A stretch of 64,000 nucleotides of DNA from the NCBI RefSeq assembly GCF_965221965.1, contig NZ_OZ244926.1:2576972-2640971 (forward strand), read 5' to 3'. Positions within the stretch are counted from its first letter, which is position 1; the number at the start of each line of letters is the position of its first letter. This stretch comes from Ekhidna sp. GTDB lineage: Bacteria; Bacteroidota; Bacteroidia; Cytophagales; Cyclobacteriaceae. This document shows, piece after piece, positions 51,749-62,435 of this stretch. Below the pieces are notes generated by a model. It made no database searches. It was not told the DNA's origin and saw only the letters and a program-made list of their open reading frames with translations. A program made the translations under genes and the position numbers.

Positions 51749-53462
51749 TTCGGAAATGGAAGCAAAAAGTAAAGCAACTAATTGGCTTAAAGCAGCCAAT
51801 ATGGACGCTTCTTCAAAGCAAGAAATAGAAGCACTCTTACTAAATCAGGAAGAACTTGACGAGGCATTTTTAAACGACCTGGAGTTTGGAACCGGAGGGT
51901 TGAGAGGAATCATGGGGATCGGCACCAATCGGATGAATAAGTATACGGTTGGCATGGCTACCCAGGGGTTTGCCAATTACCTAAAAAGTCAATTTTCCAA
52001 TGAAATTAAAGTGGCTATCGCTTTTGACAGCCGGAATAACAGTCAGCTTTTTGCAGAAACCACTGCCCATGTTTTCTCAGCAAATGGAATCCAGGTATTT
52101 CTCTTTGAGGATTTGCGTCCCACCCCTGAATTATCATTTGCCATCCGCAACCTGGGTTGTCAGGGTGGTGTGGTAATTACAGCCTCCCATAACCCAAAGG
52201 AATATAATGGTTACAAAGCCTATTGGAATGATGGAGGACAGCTTGTTCCTCCGCATGACAAAAATGTAATTGAAGAAGTGAAAAAGATTAACTCAATCGA
52301 TGAGATCAATTTTGAGTCGAATCCCTCTTTAATACAGAGAATCGGTGAAGACATGGATCGGGCCTATCTCGATATGATCAAGAATCTATCACTCTCACCA
52401 GACGCCATTTCATCTCATCGTGATATGAATATTGTTTTTTCTTCCATTCATGGAACAGGCATCACCATAGTACCCAGAGCTCTTGAGGAATTAGGATTTA
52501 AGAATATCCATGTTGTTGAGGAGCAGAAAACGCCCGACGGTAATTTCCCAACCGTGGTTTACCCAAATCCGGAAGAGGAAGAAGCTATGACTCTGGCACT
52601 CAAAAAAGCAAAGGAGATTGACGCTGATATTGTAATGGCTACAGACCCGGATGCTGACCGTGTAGGGATAGCGGTGAAAAATTCTGAAGAGAACTTTCAG
52701 CTGCTCAATGGAAATCAGACCGGAGCATTGCTGGTTTTTTACCTGATGAAAAAATGGACAGAGAAAGGATTGAAGGGAAATGAGTACATCGGCAAAACCA
52801 TAGTCACAACAGAGTTGATTAGAGACATTGCCAATAGTTTCAATACAAAATGCTATGATACTCTGACAGGCTTTAAGTGGATTGCCGATATGATCCGTCG
52901 CAAAGAGGGAGACGAAGTATTTATAGGTGGAGGTGAAGAAAGCTACGGATATATGATTGGCGAAGAAGTGAGAGACAAAGATGCAGTGGCGAGCAGTGTT
53001 ATAATTGCAGAGATGGCCGCCTGGGCAAAAACACAGGGACTGACAGTATTTGAACTACTCCTGCAGATTTATAAAACCTATGGTGTTTATTATGAAGAGC
53101 TTAAATCGATCACAAAAAAAGGTCTTCAGGGAGCGGAGGAAATAAAGCGAATGATGGAAAACTTTAGAAATGCTCCACCTGAAACGCTGGCAGGATCACA
53201 GGTAACCACCCTAATTGATTATTTGGAAGGAGTAAAAATTGATTCATCCGGGAAAAAAGAAGCTGTCAATTTTCCTAAATCAAATGTGCTTCAATATCTT
53301 ACCGAAGATGGTACGAAAGTAAGTGTTAGACCATCAGGCACCGAGCCGAAAATTAAATTTTATTTTTCGGTTAAGAGTGAATTTAACAATGGGAGCTATG
53401 TAGAAATAGAAGAAAAATTGAAGGACAAAATCCATAACTTACTGAATGACTTGAATTTGTGA
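51741..53462 (+). CDS. pgcA: Phosphoglucomutase/phosphomannomutase-family phosphosugar mutase
   Basis: TASHNPKEYNGYK (phosphoserine loop), DPDADR (metal loop), and GGEESYG. Confidence 0.9.
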   Translation: MPNSEMEAKSKATNWLKAANMDASSKQEIEALLLNQEELDEAFLNDLEFGTGGLRGIMGIGTNRMNKYTVGMATQGFANYLKSQFSNEIKVAIAFDSRNNSQLFAETTAHVFSANGIQVFLFEDLRPTPELSFAIRNLGCQGGVVITASHNPKEYNGYKAYWNDGGQLVPPHDKNVIEEVKKINSIDEINFESNPSLIQRIGEDMDRAYLDMIKNLSLSPDAISSHRDMNIVFSSIHGTGITIVPRALEELGFKNIHVVEEQKTPDGNFPTVVYPNPEEEEAMTLALKKAKEIDADIVMATDPDADRVGIAVKNSEENFQLLNGNQTGALLVFYLMKKWTEKGLKGNEYIGKTIVTTELIRDIANSFNTKCYDTLTGFKWIADMIRRKEGDEVFIGGGEESYGYMIGEEVRDKDAVASSVIIAEMAAWAKTQGLTVFELLLQIYKTYGVYYEELKSITKKGLQGAEEIKRMMENFRNAPPETLAGSQVTTLIDYLEGVKIDSSGKKEAVNFPKSNVLQYLTEDGTKVSVRPSGTEPKIKFYFSVKSEFNNGSYVEIEEKLKDKIHNLLNDLNL

Positions 53463-53575
53463 ACGAATCATTAGAAATTGGATTAAATACTTCAAAAGTG
53501 TTAATTTGCGAAGATTAGAGAGATTATACGAACTAATCATCTAAATAGTGAGTCACCAATCTAACCGATACTGAA

Positions 53576-54583
53576 TTGAGTACTATAGCATTAAATTTTT
53601 TGCTGGTAATTGTGGGGTTTGTGCTACTTATCAAAGGAGCAGATTATCTGGTGAATGGAGCTTCATCTTTAGCCAAACGTTTCAATGTATCAGACATAGC
53701 AATTGGCCTTACTGTGGTGGCAATGGGAACTTCCGCCCCGGAGTTGGTGGTGAATATTATTTCAGGTTCGGTTCAAGACGGTAACTCAGGCGCCAATGAA
53801 GTGGTTTTTGGTAACATCATTGGTTCAAATATTTTCAATATATTTCTTATTTTGGGTGTCTCCGCAGTTATCTATCCACTTACTGTGGAAAGAAATGCCC
53901 TTTGGAAAGAAGTGCCCTATTCACTTCTTGCCACAATAATTTTCTTCATCCTGGTCAATGATGTTCTCTTCTTCGATGCTGAAAAAAATGGACTGGAAGT
54001 GCAGGACGGAATTATTCTACTTGTCATGTTTGTCCTGTTTCTCGTCTACATCTTTATGAATTTGAGCAGAAACCCGGAAGCAGAAGTAGAGGACATAGAA
54101 ATCCACGGAAGTTTGAAAACCACCGTAATGATCGTTCTGGGTATTGTTGGATTAGTTTTTGGTGGTAACCTGATTGTTGAAAATGCAGTGACCATTGCCA
54201 AATTTTTCCACGTCAGTGACAAAATGATTGGTCTGACCATCCTGGCTGCTGGCACCTCTCTACCTGAACTGGCTACCTCTGCTGTAGCAGCCTTCAACAA
54301 AAAATCAGATATAGCAGTTGGAAATATCGTGGGATCGAACATTTTTAACCTTCTGCTTGTATTAGGTGCAACCTCAATCATTCATGCTCCTTTGGTTTAC
54401 ACCGCATCACTCAATACTGACCTATTCATAGTCATGCTGGGAACACTCATGCTTTTCTTATTCATGTTTACACTAAATAAGTATAAGCTGGACCGTGCCG
54501 AAGGAATGGTGTACCTCATTGGCTTTATTGCCTATTCTTATTACCTTTTTGTCAGGGAAGATATCCTTCCGGGTTTATTCTAA
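53576..54583 (+). CDS. Ca2+/Na+ antiporter (CaCA, YrbG-type)
   Basis: Two alpha-repeats, GTSAPELV...GNIIGSNIFN and GTSLPELA...GNIVGSNIFN. Apparent TTG start. Confidence 0.85.
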   Translation: MSTIALNFLLVIVGFVLLIKGADYLVNGASSLAKRFNVSDIAIGLTVVAMGTSAPELVVNIISGSVQDGNSGANEVVFGNIIGSNIFNIFLILGVSAVIYPLTVERNALWKEVPYSLLATIIFFILVNDVLFFDAEKNGLEVQDGIILLVMFVLFLVYIFMNLSRNPEAEVEDIEIHGSLKTTVMIVLGIVGLVFGGNLIVENAVTIAKFFHVSDKMIGLTILAAGTSLPELATSAVAAFNKKSDIAVGNIVGSNIFNLLLVLGATSIIHAPLVYTASLNTDLFIVMLGTLMLFLFMFTLNKYKLDRAEGMVYLIGFIAYSYYLFVREDILPGLF

Positions 54584-54595
54584 AAACCATACATC

Positions 54596-56182
54596 ATGCT
54601 ACCAAAGATTGACCCAACGACAACCAAGTCATGGGCAAAACTTCGTGAATACGCTAACAAAAAAAGCAGCATAAGAGATCTTCTACTTGATCCTTCTCGC
54701 CTGGATAAGTTTACTTTCAACTTCAATGACTTTCATTTCGACTTTTCCAAAAATGAAGTCTCTGATGAAGTAATGGATGAACTCGTTTCCCTGGCAAATG
54801 AATGTGGGCTTTCAGCTGCCATTCATTCAATGTTTGCAGGGGAAAAAATCAATGAAACGGAGAAACGAGCCGTACAGCATGTTGCTTTGAGAAGCTCTGA
54901 AAAAGAAGAAGTAAAAAAGGAATTATCTAAGGTCAAATCATTCTCAAATAAGTTGCTAGATGGCGACTGGAAAGGGTTCACCGATAAGTCCATTACTGAT
55001 ATCGTAAATATCGGTATTGGGGGCTCTGACCTGGGACCAAAAATGGTCACCTATGCATTAAAGCCCTATTGGAAAAACATCACCCCACATTTCATTTCCA
55101 ATGTGGATGCTGCTCAGCTGGTAGAGTTTCTGGAGAATCTCAATCCTGAAACAACCTTATTCATTATTGCCTCAAAGACCTTTACTACGCAGGAAACCAT
55201 CACTAATGCTACATCAGCTAAAGAATGGTTTTTATCACAGGGAGGAAGCCAGGAATATATCAGTCAGCATTTTGTAGCTGTGAGTACCAACGAAGAAGCT
55301 GTTAATGAATTCGGGATTTCAAGTGAAAACATGTTTGAGTTTTGGGACTGGGTTGGTGGAAGATACTCGCTTTGGTCAGTCATTGGCCTTTCAATCGCCT
55401 GCACGGTAGGATATGATCACTTTGAATCCTTACTTGAGGGTGCACATGAAATGGACCAGCATTTTAAAAATACTGATCTTGATGCCAATCTTCCCGTGAT
55501 TTCCGCCCTCATCGGCATTTGGTATAATAACTTCCGAAACTACGACTCTATGGCTATCCTGCCTTACGATCATCGGTTAAGGTACCTCCCTTCCTACCTG
55601 CAGCAAGTAGATATGGAAAGCAATGGAAAGTATATCGACCGTTCCGGAAAAAAGATCAACTACCAATCTGGTCCCATCATCTGGGGAGAGCCCGGAACCA
55701 ACGGACAACATGCATTTTACCAATTGATTCATCAAGGAACTAAGATCATACCGTGCGAATTTATTGGTATCGCTAAGCCAGCTCACAAACATGCTGATCA
55801 TCATGAAAAACTTCTGGCTAATTTCTTCGCGCAATCTGAAGCCCTGCTCACAGGGAAGACGAAAGAGCAAGTCATTGAAGAAGTAGGTGGTGCAGATGAA
55901 ATATTGATTAACTCTAAAATTTTTGAGGGAAATAGGCCTTCTACCAGCATTTTAATCAAGGAGCTTTCTCCGAAGAACCTCGGTTCGCTAATCGCCTACT
56001 ATGAGCACCGTGTTTTTGTGCAAGGCGTGATATGGAACATTTTTAGTTTTGATCAATGGGGGGTGGAACTTGGAAAGCAGCTTTCTAAACCCATTTTGAA
56101 TGAAATCAAAAAGGGTGAAACGGACCAACATGATCCCTCAACAAGCTCGCTTATGAATCACTTTTTTGCCATGCGCAAATGA
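54596..56182 (+). CDS. pgi: Glucose-6-phosphate isomerase
   Basis: IGIGGSDLGP, SKTFTTQET, GGRYSLWS and ESNGK blocks. Confidence 0.95.
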   Translation: MLPKIDPTTTKSWAKLREYANKKSSIRDLLLDPSRLDKFTFNFNDFHFDFSKNEVSDEVMDELVSLANECGLSAAIHSMFAGEKINETEKRAVQHVALRSSEKEEVKKELSKVKSFSNKLLDGDWKGFTDKSITDIVNIGIGGSDLGPKMVTYALKPYWKNITPHFISNVDAAQLVEFLENLNPETTLFIIASKTFTTQETITNATSAKEWFLSQGGSQEYISQHFVAVSTNEEAVNEFGISSENMFEFWDWVGGRYSLWSVIGLSIACTVGYDHFESLLEGAHEMDQHFKNTDLDANLPVISALIGIWYNNFRNYDSMAILPYDHRLRYLPSYLQQVDMESNGKYIDRSGKKINYQSGPIIWGEPGTNGQHAFYQLIHQGTKIIPCEFIGIAKPAHKHADHHEKLLANFFAQSEALLTGKTKEQVIEEVGGADEILINSKIFEGNRPSTSILIKELSPKNLGSLIAYYEHRVFVQGVIWNIFSFDQWGVELGKQLSKPILNEIKKGETDQHDPSTSSLMNHFFAMRK

Positions 56183-56895
56183 CCGGCAATTATTCCCGTG
56201 GCTATGCCTACATTCAATGACTCTGCATGGCCATATCGCGGAATAGTGATGCGTTCTTTTATGTTCTTTTTAGTTATCTCACCCACCCCATGAGATTCAC
56301 TTCCCATAACCAGCACTGACGGGCTTTTACTATTTAAATGGCTAAGGTGGATACCTTCCATATCGGCTGCATAAACCGGAAGCCTATTTTGTTGATAGAA
56401 TTCTTCCAGATCACATGAAACTACTTTTACTCGAGTAAAAGAACCCATCGTACTATTAATTACTTTGGGGTGATAAAACTCAGCACAATCTGATGAACAA
56501 ACCAGCTGATCAAACCCAAACCAATCCAGCGTACGAATAATGGTCCCCATGTTTCCCGGATCCCCCACTCCATCGAGAACAAATAAATGATCATCAAATG
56601 ATAGAGTCTTGAGGTTAAAATCCTGCATTCTTGCCACCGCCAACACATCTTCATTGGTCTTAAAAGTACCTAGCTGACTTAGAAGGTCCGGCATCACAAT
56701 TTCATTTCGATGATTTCCACTTTTTAAATTTTGAGAGAAAAACTGCTCTGTTCCTATCACCATTTCTACCTCAAAATCAGAATTGAGTAACTCCTGCACA
56801 TTTTTTGTACCTTCAATCAAAAAGCATTTCTCACGCATGCGGTACTTCTTAACTTTGAGCGATTTTATAAATTTCTGTTCCTTCCTAGAGAGCAT
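56158..56895 (-). CDS. TrmH/SpoU-family RNA 2'-O-methyltransferase
   Basis: N-terminal KFIKSLKVKKYR...FLIEG and C-terminal SpoU knot motifs (LVMGSESHGV, ESLNVGIATGI). Its 3' end overlaps the pgi 3' end by 25 nt. Confidence 0.85.
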   Translation of the reverse strand: MLSRKEQKFIKSLKVKKYRMREKCFLIEGTKNVQELLNSDFEVEMVIGTEQFFSQNLKSGNHRNEIVMPDLLSQLGTFKTNEDVLAVARMQDFNLKTLSFDDHLFVLDGVGDPGNMGTIIRTLDWFGFDQLVCSSDCAEFYHPKVINSTMGSFTRVKVVSCDLEEFYQQNRLPVYAADMEGIHLSHLNSKSPSVLVMGSESHGVGEITKKNIKERITIPRYGHAESLNVGIATGIIAGHLRMAKK

Positions 56896-56900
56896 TTGAT

Positions 56901-59429
56901 TTGAAGCGACTTTTTAGACTAAGCCAAATATCACTATTCGCAGGCATTTTTCTTACATCATGCCTGGGCTCAAAGTTTTTAAAAGACGATCAGCACCTCC
57001 TGGCTAAGCAAAAAATCAATGGTTTATCCGGCGCACTGGCAGACGATGCAAAGGGACTTTATGAACAGGAAGCCAACAGCCGTATTCTTTTCGGCTACTA
57101 CCCGTTTACTCACCTGGCTCATTTATATAAACTTGGAGAAAATGGCTGGATCTTTCCCGGATACGATAAACAAAAAGCCATTGCAAAAAGAGATTCACTT
57201 GAAGCTAAATTTGATCGAAAAATAGCAGACGCCACCTCTGATAAACGAAGACAGAAGCTCCGAAACAAAAAAGCCAAAAAGTACGATAAGAAGAACAGAA
57301 AGGTCAAGCAGGGAAACCAGCTTATGAGGTGGGGAGAAACCCTCGCTATTTATAATCATGCCAGCACAAGACTGACCAGAGAAAAAATTGACCTATACCT
57401 AAACTCAAAAGGATATTTTGATGCTACCATTCGGATAGATACAACAACTTATGATAGTCTCGGGCCCATTGGCAAAGCCGGCAGAGACATCAGAAATTGG
57501 GTAAGTGGCTGGTTTGGCAAAAAAGATCGATATATAAACCTGGAATATGATATTGCGCTGAAAGACCGCTATGTAATCGATTCTATCCAGTATGATATTA
57601 AAGACACGGTACTGCATGCCCTGGTTATGGAAAACATTAAAGAATCACCGCTCCAAAAAGGCTACTATGATCAGGACATATTAAGTCAGGAACGTGACTT
57701 CATTTACGATCTGGCTGTAAATAATGGCTACTATGAATTCTCCAAGCAGTTTATTGGATTTGAATTAGATTCCATTCAGATGGGTGGTGATACCCTCATC
57801 GTTCGAGAGGTCATTAAAAATCCTCCAGGAAAAGAACAGCACAAGATATTTTACCTGGACTCCATTGTTTTTATTACCGACGCAAGTGTCAGCGAAACAT
57901 TTGACCGAACGGAAGAGAAATACAGAGACATCACTTTCAGCTTTGCCAGAAACAGGTATTCTAAAAAGGTACTGGAATGGAGAGTCCCCCTTGAGCAGGA
58001 TGACCCTTATAGTAGAGACCTTACCATTGAAACACAGCGTCAACTCTCCTATCTGGACAACTTCAAGTTCATCAACATCAATTACGACACAACTGGTAAC
58101 TATTTTGTCGCAAACATATTCACGTCCCCATTCGACAAGTACCAAACATCCAGTGAGTTTGGTTTATCAAGAACACAAGGAAGACCGGGTCCTTTCGTGA
58201 ACATAAACCTGAAAAACAGGAATACATTCAGGACATTGGAAATACTCAGTTTTGATGCGAATGCCAAACTGGAAGACCTAAGGTCTGTGCGGGAAGAATC
58301 TGAGTTTGATGGTAATTACACCTCCCGTCAGTTTGGAGCTGAAGCTGCAATCACTTTCCCTCAGTTTTTGTTTCCACTCGGCTCCTATTACAAAAACAAG
58401 ATTGGTCGATTCAACCCAAAAACACGGCTTTCCCTGGGTTTTTCATTTGAAGATCGGGTGACAGAATATCGTCGAGCCACTTACAGAGGAACCTGGACGT
58501 ATAGCTGGCAGGTAAGAGACCAGGTGAGGTATCGGCTAACACCTCTTGAGTTGAGCCTGACAAATACCACCATTACAGGTCAGGAATTTGAAGATTTTCT
58601 GAAGGAATTAAGAGACCAGAATAATCCATACGCGCTGGCTTTTGAATCTGCTGTGGTTACAAGCACAGCGTTTCAGCTGGATCTGAGCCTCGGCAACTAT
58701 GCCCTTAATCAGGATGGAGGATTTGTACGGCTCAACGCCGAGTTGGGGGGAAACCTTGTTGATATTGTAGGTAAATCCTTCTTTGGCGACAGCCTGACAA
58801 CCTATCAGTATGCTAAAACCCAGATCGACTTGAGGAAAATTGAACGGTTGACCAGAAAAACCAATCTTGCAGCCAGATTAAATGTGGGGCTTGCATATCC
58901 CTATGGAGCCAATGAATCCATGCCGTATGAAAAGTACTTTTTTGCCGGTGGTAGTAGTAGCATTCGAGCCTGGAAACCACGAAGGTTAGGTCCGGGAGCA
59001 TTTGGCGTATTTGAAACCGATGGAGATGGAAACCCCACTGATGCTGTAGACTATAGAAATGAGCAGCGAGGAGAACTCATCATTGAATCAAGTATTGAAT
59101 TGCGACAGGATCTGGTGGGCTTTCTGGAAGGGGCTGTATTTATTGATGCGGGAAATATTTGGCAGGTACGAAATTCCTTAGTGGATGCAGAATCAGATGC
59201 TGAGGGTGATGATGGCGTATTTCACTTCAATGAATTCATGGATGAAATGGCGGTAGGCACAGGTGTGGGTTTAAGATTTGACCTCCAATTCCTGGTTTTC
59301 AGGGTTGATCTGGGACTGAAGCTTATAGACCCTGCACAAAAACGAGGTGAACGATTTGTAGGAGATGAAATCTTCTCCAACTTCAATCGGAATTCAGAAA
59401 TAAATATTGGTATTGGATACCCATTCTAA
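56901..59429 (+). CDS. Omp85-superfamily (BamA/TamA-like) outer-membrane protein
   Basis: Lipoprotein-like signal (FLTSC), 842 aa, a C-terminal barrel with FFAGGSSSIRAW, and a terminal GIGYPF. Apparent TTG start. Confidence 0.75.
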   Translation: MKRLFRLSQISLFAGIFLTSCLGSKFLKDDQHLLAKQKINGLSGALADDAKGLYEQEANSRILFGYYPFTHLAHLYKLGENGWIFPGYDKQKAIAKRDSLEAKFDRKIADATSDKRRQKLRNKKAKKYDKKNRKVKQGNQLMRWGETLAIYNHASTRLTREKIDLYLNSKGYFDATIRIDTTTYDSLGPIGKAGRDIRNWVSGWFGKKDRYINLEYDIALKDRYVIDSIQYDIKDTVLHALVMENIKESPLQKGYYDQDILSQERDFIYDLAVNNGYYEFSKQFIGFELDSIQMGGDTLIVREVIKNPPGKEQHKIFYLDSIVFITDASVSETFDRTEEKYRDITFSFARNRYSKKVLEWRVPLEQDDPYSRDLTIETQRQLSYLDNFKFININYDTTGNYFVANIFTSPFDKYQTSSEFGLSRTQGRPGPFVNINLKNRNTFRTLEILSFDANAKLEDLRSVREESEFDGNYTSRQFGAEAAITFPQFLFPLGSYYKNKIGRFNPKTRLSLGFSFEDRVTEYRRATYRGTWTYSWQVRDQVRYRLTPLELSLTNTTITGQEFEDFLKELRDQNNPYALAFESAVVTSTAFQLDLSLGNYALNQDGGFVRLNAELGGNLVDIVGKSFFGDSLTTYQYAKTQIDLRKIERLTRKTNLAARLNVGLAYPYGANESMPYEKYFFAGGSSSIRAWKPRRLGPGAFGVFETDGDGNPTDAVDYRNEQRGELIIESSIELRQDLVGFLEGAVFIDAGNIWQVRNSLVDAESDAEGDDGVFHFNEFMDEMAVGTGVGLRFDLQFLVFRVDLGLKLIDPAQKRGERFVGDEIFSNFNRNSEINIGIGYPF

Positions 59430-60329
59430 ATGGCAGAAATAACAAAAGAAGAAATAACAAAGTGGTTTCAGGGATTGCAAGACTCGATTTGCAACTCGCT
59501 TGAAAAACTTGATGGTAAATCAACATTCAAAGAAGACCAATGGGACCGGCCCGAAGGCGGTGGCGGAAGGTCACGAGTAATTAAAGGTGGTGATCTAATC
59601 GAAAAAGGAGGTGTGAATTTTTCTGCTGTCTCCGGACCCACACCTGAGAAAATACTGAACGCATTGAACCTCCCCGAGGCAAACTTCTTCGCAACCGGTG
59701 TTTCAATCGTTTTACACCCACAAAATCCATGGGTGCCAATCATTCATATGAATGTTCGCTACTTTGAAATGAGTAACGGGATTTGGTGGTTTGGTGGAGG
59801 AATCGATCTTACGCCTCATTATGTGATAAAAGAAAAAGCACAAAACTTTCACCAGTATTTGAAAGACACCTGTGATAAACACGACTCTGAGTTCTATCCG
59901 CGATTTAAGGAATGGGCCGACGATTATTTTTTTGTCAAACACCGAAATGAAACACGTGGAATCGGCGGTATTTTCTTTGACCGATTGACCGTCAAAGACG
60001 GTAAATCAAAAGCGGATCATTGGCAGTTTGTAAAAGATGTAGGAGAAACATTCATTCCGGCATATACGGATGCAATTGAGGGTCTGCGGGATAAGAATTG
60101 GTCGGATGCCGATAAAAACTGGCAGAAAATCAGACGTGGACGATATGTTGAGTTTAACCTGGTGCACGACAAGGGAACCAAATTCGGGCTTGATACTAAT
60201 GGACGAACAGAATCCATTCTGATGAGTATGCCTCCGGAAGCCAATTGGGAGTACGATTATCAGCCTAAAAGCAATCTGGAATTAGAGACACAGGAGCAAT
60301 TAAAAAAAGGCATAAACTGGATCGCCTAA
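59430..60329 (+). CDS. hemF: Oxygen-dependent coproporphyrinogen III oxidase
   Basis: RGIGGIFFD, RRGRYVEFNL and GRTESILMSMP blocks. Confidence 0.95.
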   Translation: MAEITKEEITKWFQGLQDSICNSLEKLDGKSTFKEDQWDRPEGGGGRSRVIKGGDLIEKGGVNFSAVSGPTPEKILNALNLPEANFFATGVSIVLHPQNPWVPIIHMNVRYFEMSNGIWWFGGGIDLTPHYVIKEKAQNFHQYLKDTCDKHDSEFYPRFKEWADDYFFVKHRNETRGIGGIFFDRLTVKDGKSKADHWQFVKDVGETFIPAYTDAIEGLRDKNWSDADKNWQKIRRGRYVEFNLVHDKGTKFGLDTNGRTESILMSMPPEANWEYDYQPKSNLELETQEQLKKGINWIA

Positions 60330-60370
60330 GCAATCCGGTCAATGCCTTTAGGTTAGGTTGGTTGTATTTA

Positions 60371-61075
60371 TTAGAGCAAATTGAATCGATCCATCAAGGA
60401 CTCTTTATAAGAAGCACCAATGGAAAAGGTCTTCTCCCCGATATGCACCTGCAAGTCCTCGATCTTATCGATCTTATTCCGGTTGATGATGTAGCTTCTA
60501 TGCACTCGGCTGAAAATACTTTCAGGTAATCTTTTCTCGATTCCCTTCATCGTATGATGCACAATGTGCTTTTTACCTGCGGCTGTATTAAAAATCACAT
60601 AATCTGCCAGTGCCTCCACAAAAAGGATGTTGTCATAGCTTAATCGGTAAAGCTTGCCATCGCTTTTCACATAGATATGATCTTCCTGTTCGGCAATCGC
60701 TTTCTCTTTCTCCAGATTCTCCTTCACTTTGTTGACCGCCTTCATGAAGCGCTCGTATTCTACCGGCTTCACCAGGTAATCCGCTACAGAATCCTCAAAC
60801 GCCTCAATCGCATACTCCTTTTTGGAAGTTACCAAAATCACATTGTAGGCATGCTGAAGATCCTTCACAAGATCCAACCCACTCATTCCGGGCATCTCGA
60901 TATCCAGAAATACAATATCTACGTCGTTGGCACTTTCGCCTAAAAGAATATCATGCGCCTCCTGAGTGTTGTCCAGGTCGTGCGTCATGACCAGGGTATC
61001 AGTCTTATCTATAAATTTCTTGATTACGAGACGCGACATTTTGTCGTCATCTACTACCATGCAATTGAGAGCCAT
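60371..61075 (-). CDS. LytTR-family response regulator
   Basis: REC domain (VVDDD..., phospho-acceptor context VFLDIEMPG) plus a C-terminal LytTR domain (HRSYIIN). Confidence 0.9.
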   Translation of the reverse strand: MALNCMVVDDDKMSRLVIKKFIDKTDTLVMTHDLDNTQEAHDILLGESANDVDIVFLDIEMPGMSGLDLVKDLQHAYNVILVTSKKEYAIEAFEDSVADYLVKPVEYERFMKAVNKVKENLEKEKAIAEQEDHIYVKSDGKLYRLSYDNILFVEALADYVIFNTAAGKKHIVHHTMKGIEKRLPESIFSRVHRSYIINRNKIDKIEDLQVHIGEKTFSIGASYKESLMDRFNLL

Positions 61076-61656
61076 TATTTTCGATTTAGGATTTGGTGAA
61101 TATACTTACCGATAATATCAAATTCAATATTAACAATGCTACCAACTGCTAGCTGATTGAAGTTGGTATGTTCAAATGTATATGGAATTATCGCCACAGA
61201 AAAGATTTTTTTTTCCACGTTAAAGCAAGTTAGGCTGGTTCCGTTAATACAGATGCTCCCTTTCTCGACCACCAGACCCTCCTCTTTCAGCTCAAAAGTG
61301 AACACCCAGCTACCATTTTCATCCTTGATGTCACTCACTCTGGCCGTGGTATCCACATGACCTTGCACGATGTGCCCATCAAAACGTCCATCCGCCTTCA
61401 TGCATCGCTCCAGGTTTACCTGAGCCCCGACTTCAATCGAACCAAGGCTCGATTTTTTCATCGTCTCATCAATGGCCGTTACCCAGTGCCTCCCGTCCTC
61501 AACCTTGGTTACCGTCAGGCACACTCCATTATGAGACACACTCTGGTCAATTTTCAACTCGTCTGATATAGACGAAGAGATAATAAAATCCACGTTCGTC
61601 CCTTTCCCGGAGATTTCTTCTACTTTCCCTACTGTTTCAACTATTCCTGTAAACAC
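61075..61656 (-). CDS. ribE: Riboflavin synthase
   Basis: MFTGIVE start, GVCLTV and NGTSLT repeats. Its stop overlaps the response-regulator ATG (TAATG). Confidence 0.95.
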   Translation of the reverse strand: MFTGIVETVGKVEEISGKGTNVDFIISSSISDELKIDQSVSHNGVCLTVTKVEDGRHWVTAIDETMKKSSLGSIEVGAQVNLERCMKADGRFDGHIVQGHVDTTARVSDIKDENGSWVFTFELKEEGLVVEKGSICINGTSLTCFNVEKKIFSVAIIPYTFEHTNFNQLAVGSIVNIEFDIIGKYIHQILNRK

Positions 61657-61688
61657 GCTGATTAAATTTAAGGCTCAAAATAAGTCAA

Positions 61689-62345
61689 TTGAAAGATACC
61701 TACAAGCATAAGGGCTTACGCAAGCAGTTGGTTCTGGGGATCGCAAAAAAAGGCATCCGCGATAAGGAGGTGTTGAATGCCATCAACAAAATCCCCCGTC
61801 ATTTTTTCTTTGACAAGATTTTCGATTCGCATGCCTATGAAGATAAGGCCTTCCCTATCGATGCGGGACAAACCATCAGCCAGCCTTATACGGTGGCTTT
61901 CCAAACACAGCTACTACAGGTAAAGCCGGGAGATAAAATTCTTGAAATAGGGACCGGTTCCGGCTACCAGGCCTGTGTACTGGATGAAATGGGTGCAGAT
62001 GTCTATACGATTGAGTATCAAAAGAAGCTGTATCAGAAAGCCATTCGATTCCTGCCAAAGCTGGGCTACCAGCCGCACATGTACCAGGGCGATGGATCGA
62101 AAGGGCTCCCCCGATTTGCACCATATGATGGAATCATTGTGACAGCAGGTGCTCCAACCGTACCTGAAGAACTTGTCCAACAACTCAAGGTAGGCGGACG
62201 ATTAGTGATCCCGGTAGGGAACGATGACATACAATCTATGGTTTTGATCCAGAAAGTGGATGAAAACAAAATAAAAAAGAAGCAATTCGACCATTTTAGC
62301 TTCGTACCTTTGCGTGGAGAACGCGGTTGGGGCGACAAAAAGTAA
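61689..62345 (+). CDS. pcm: Protein-L-isoaspartate O-methyltransferase
   Basis: TISQPYTVA, LEIGTGSGYQACVL and GGRLVIPVG. Apparent TTG start. Confidence 0.9.
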   Translation: MKDTYKHKGLRKQLVLGIAKKGIRDKEVLNAINKIPRHFFFDKIFDSHAYEDKAFPIDAGQTISQPYTVAFQTQLLQVKPGDKILEIGTGSGYQACVLDEMGADVYTIEYQKKLYQKAIRFLPKLGYQPHMYQGDGSKGLPRFAPYDGIIVTAGAPTVPEELVQQLKVGGRLVIPVGNDDIQSMVLIQKVDENKIKKKQFDHFSFVPLRGERGWGDKK

Positions 62346-62435
62346 ATCAAGAATCTAAATATTCAACTCCTTGGAGCGGTTCGACGTTTCGAGGTTAGGG
62401 GTGGGTTAGCTCATCTACTTTTTAAAAAACTGCAT

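Noticed and set aside
54046-54381. 111-aa minus-strand ORF
   Set aside because: It is antisense to the CaCA antiporter, whose two alpha-repeats are intact.
61716-62350. Four overlapping minus-strand ORFs (62-94 aa)
   Set aside because: All are antisense to pcm, whose SAM-binding motifs are clear. They are shadow frames.
62346-62435. GGTTCGA-containing stretch that briefly looked tRNA-like
   Set aside because: No cloverleaf can be drawn: there is no acceptor-stem complement, no anticodon arm and no proper T-loop context.
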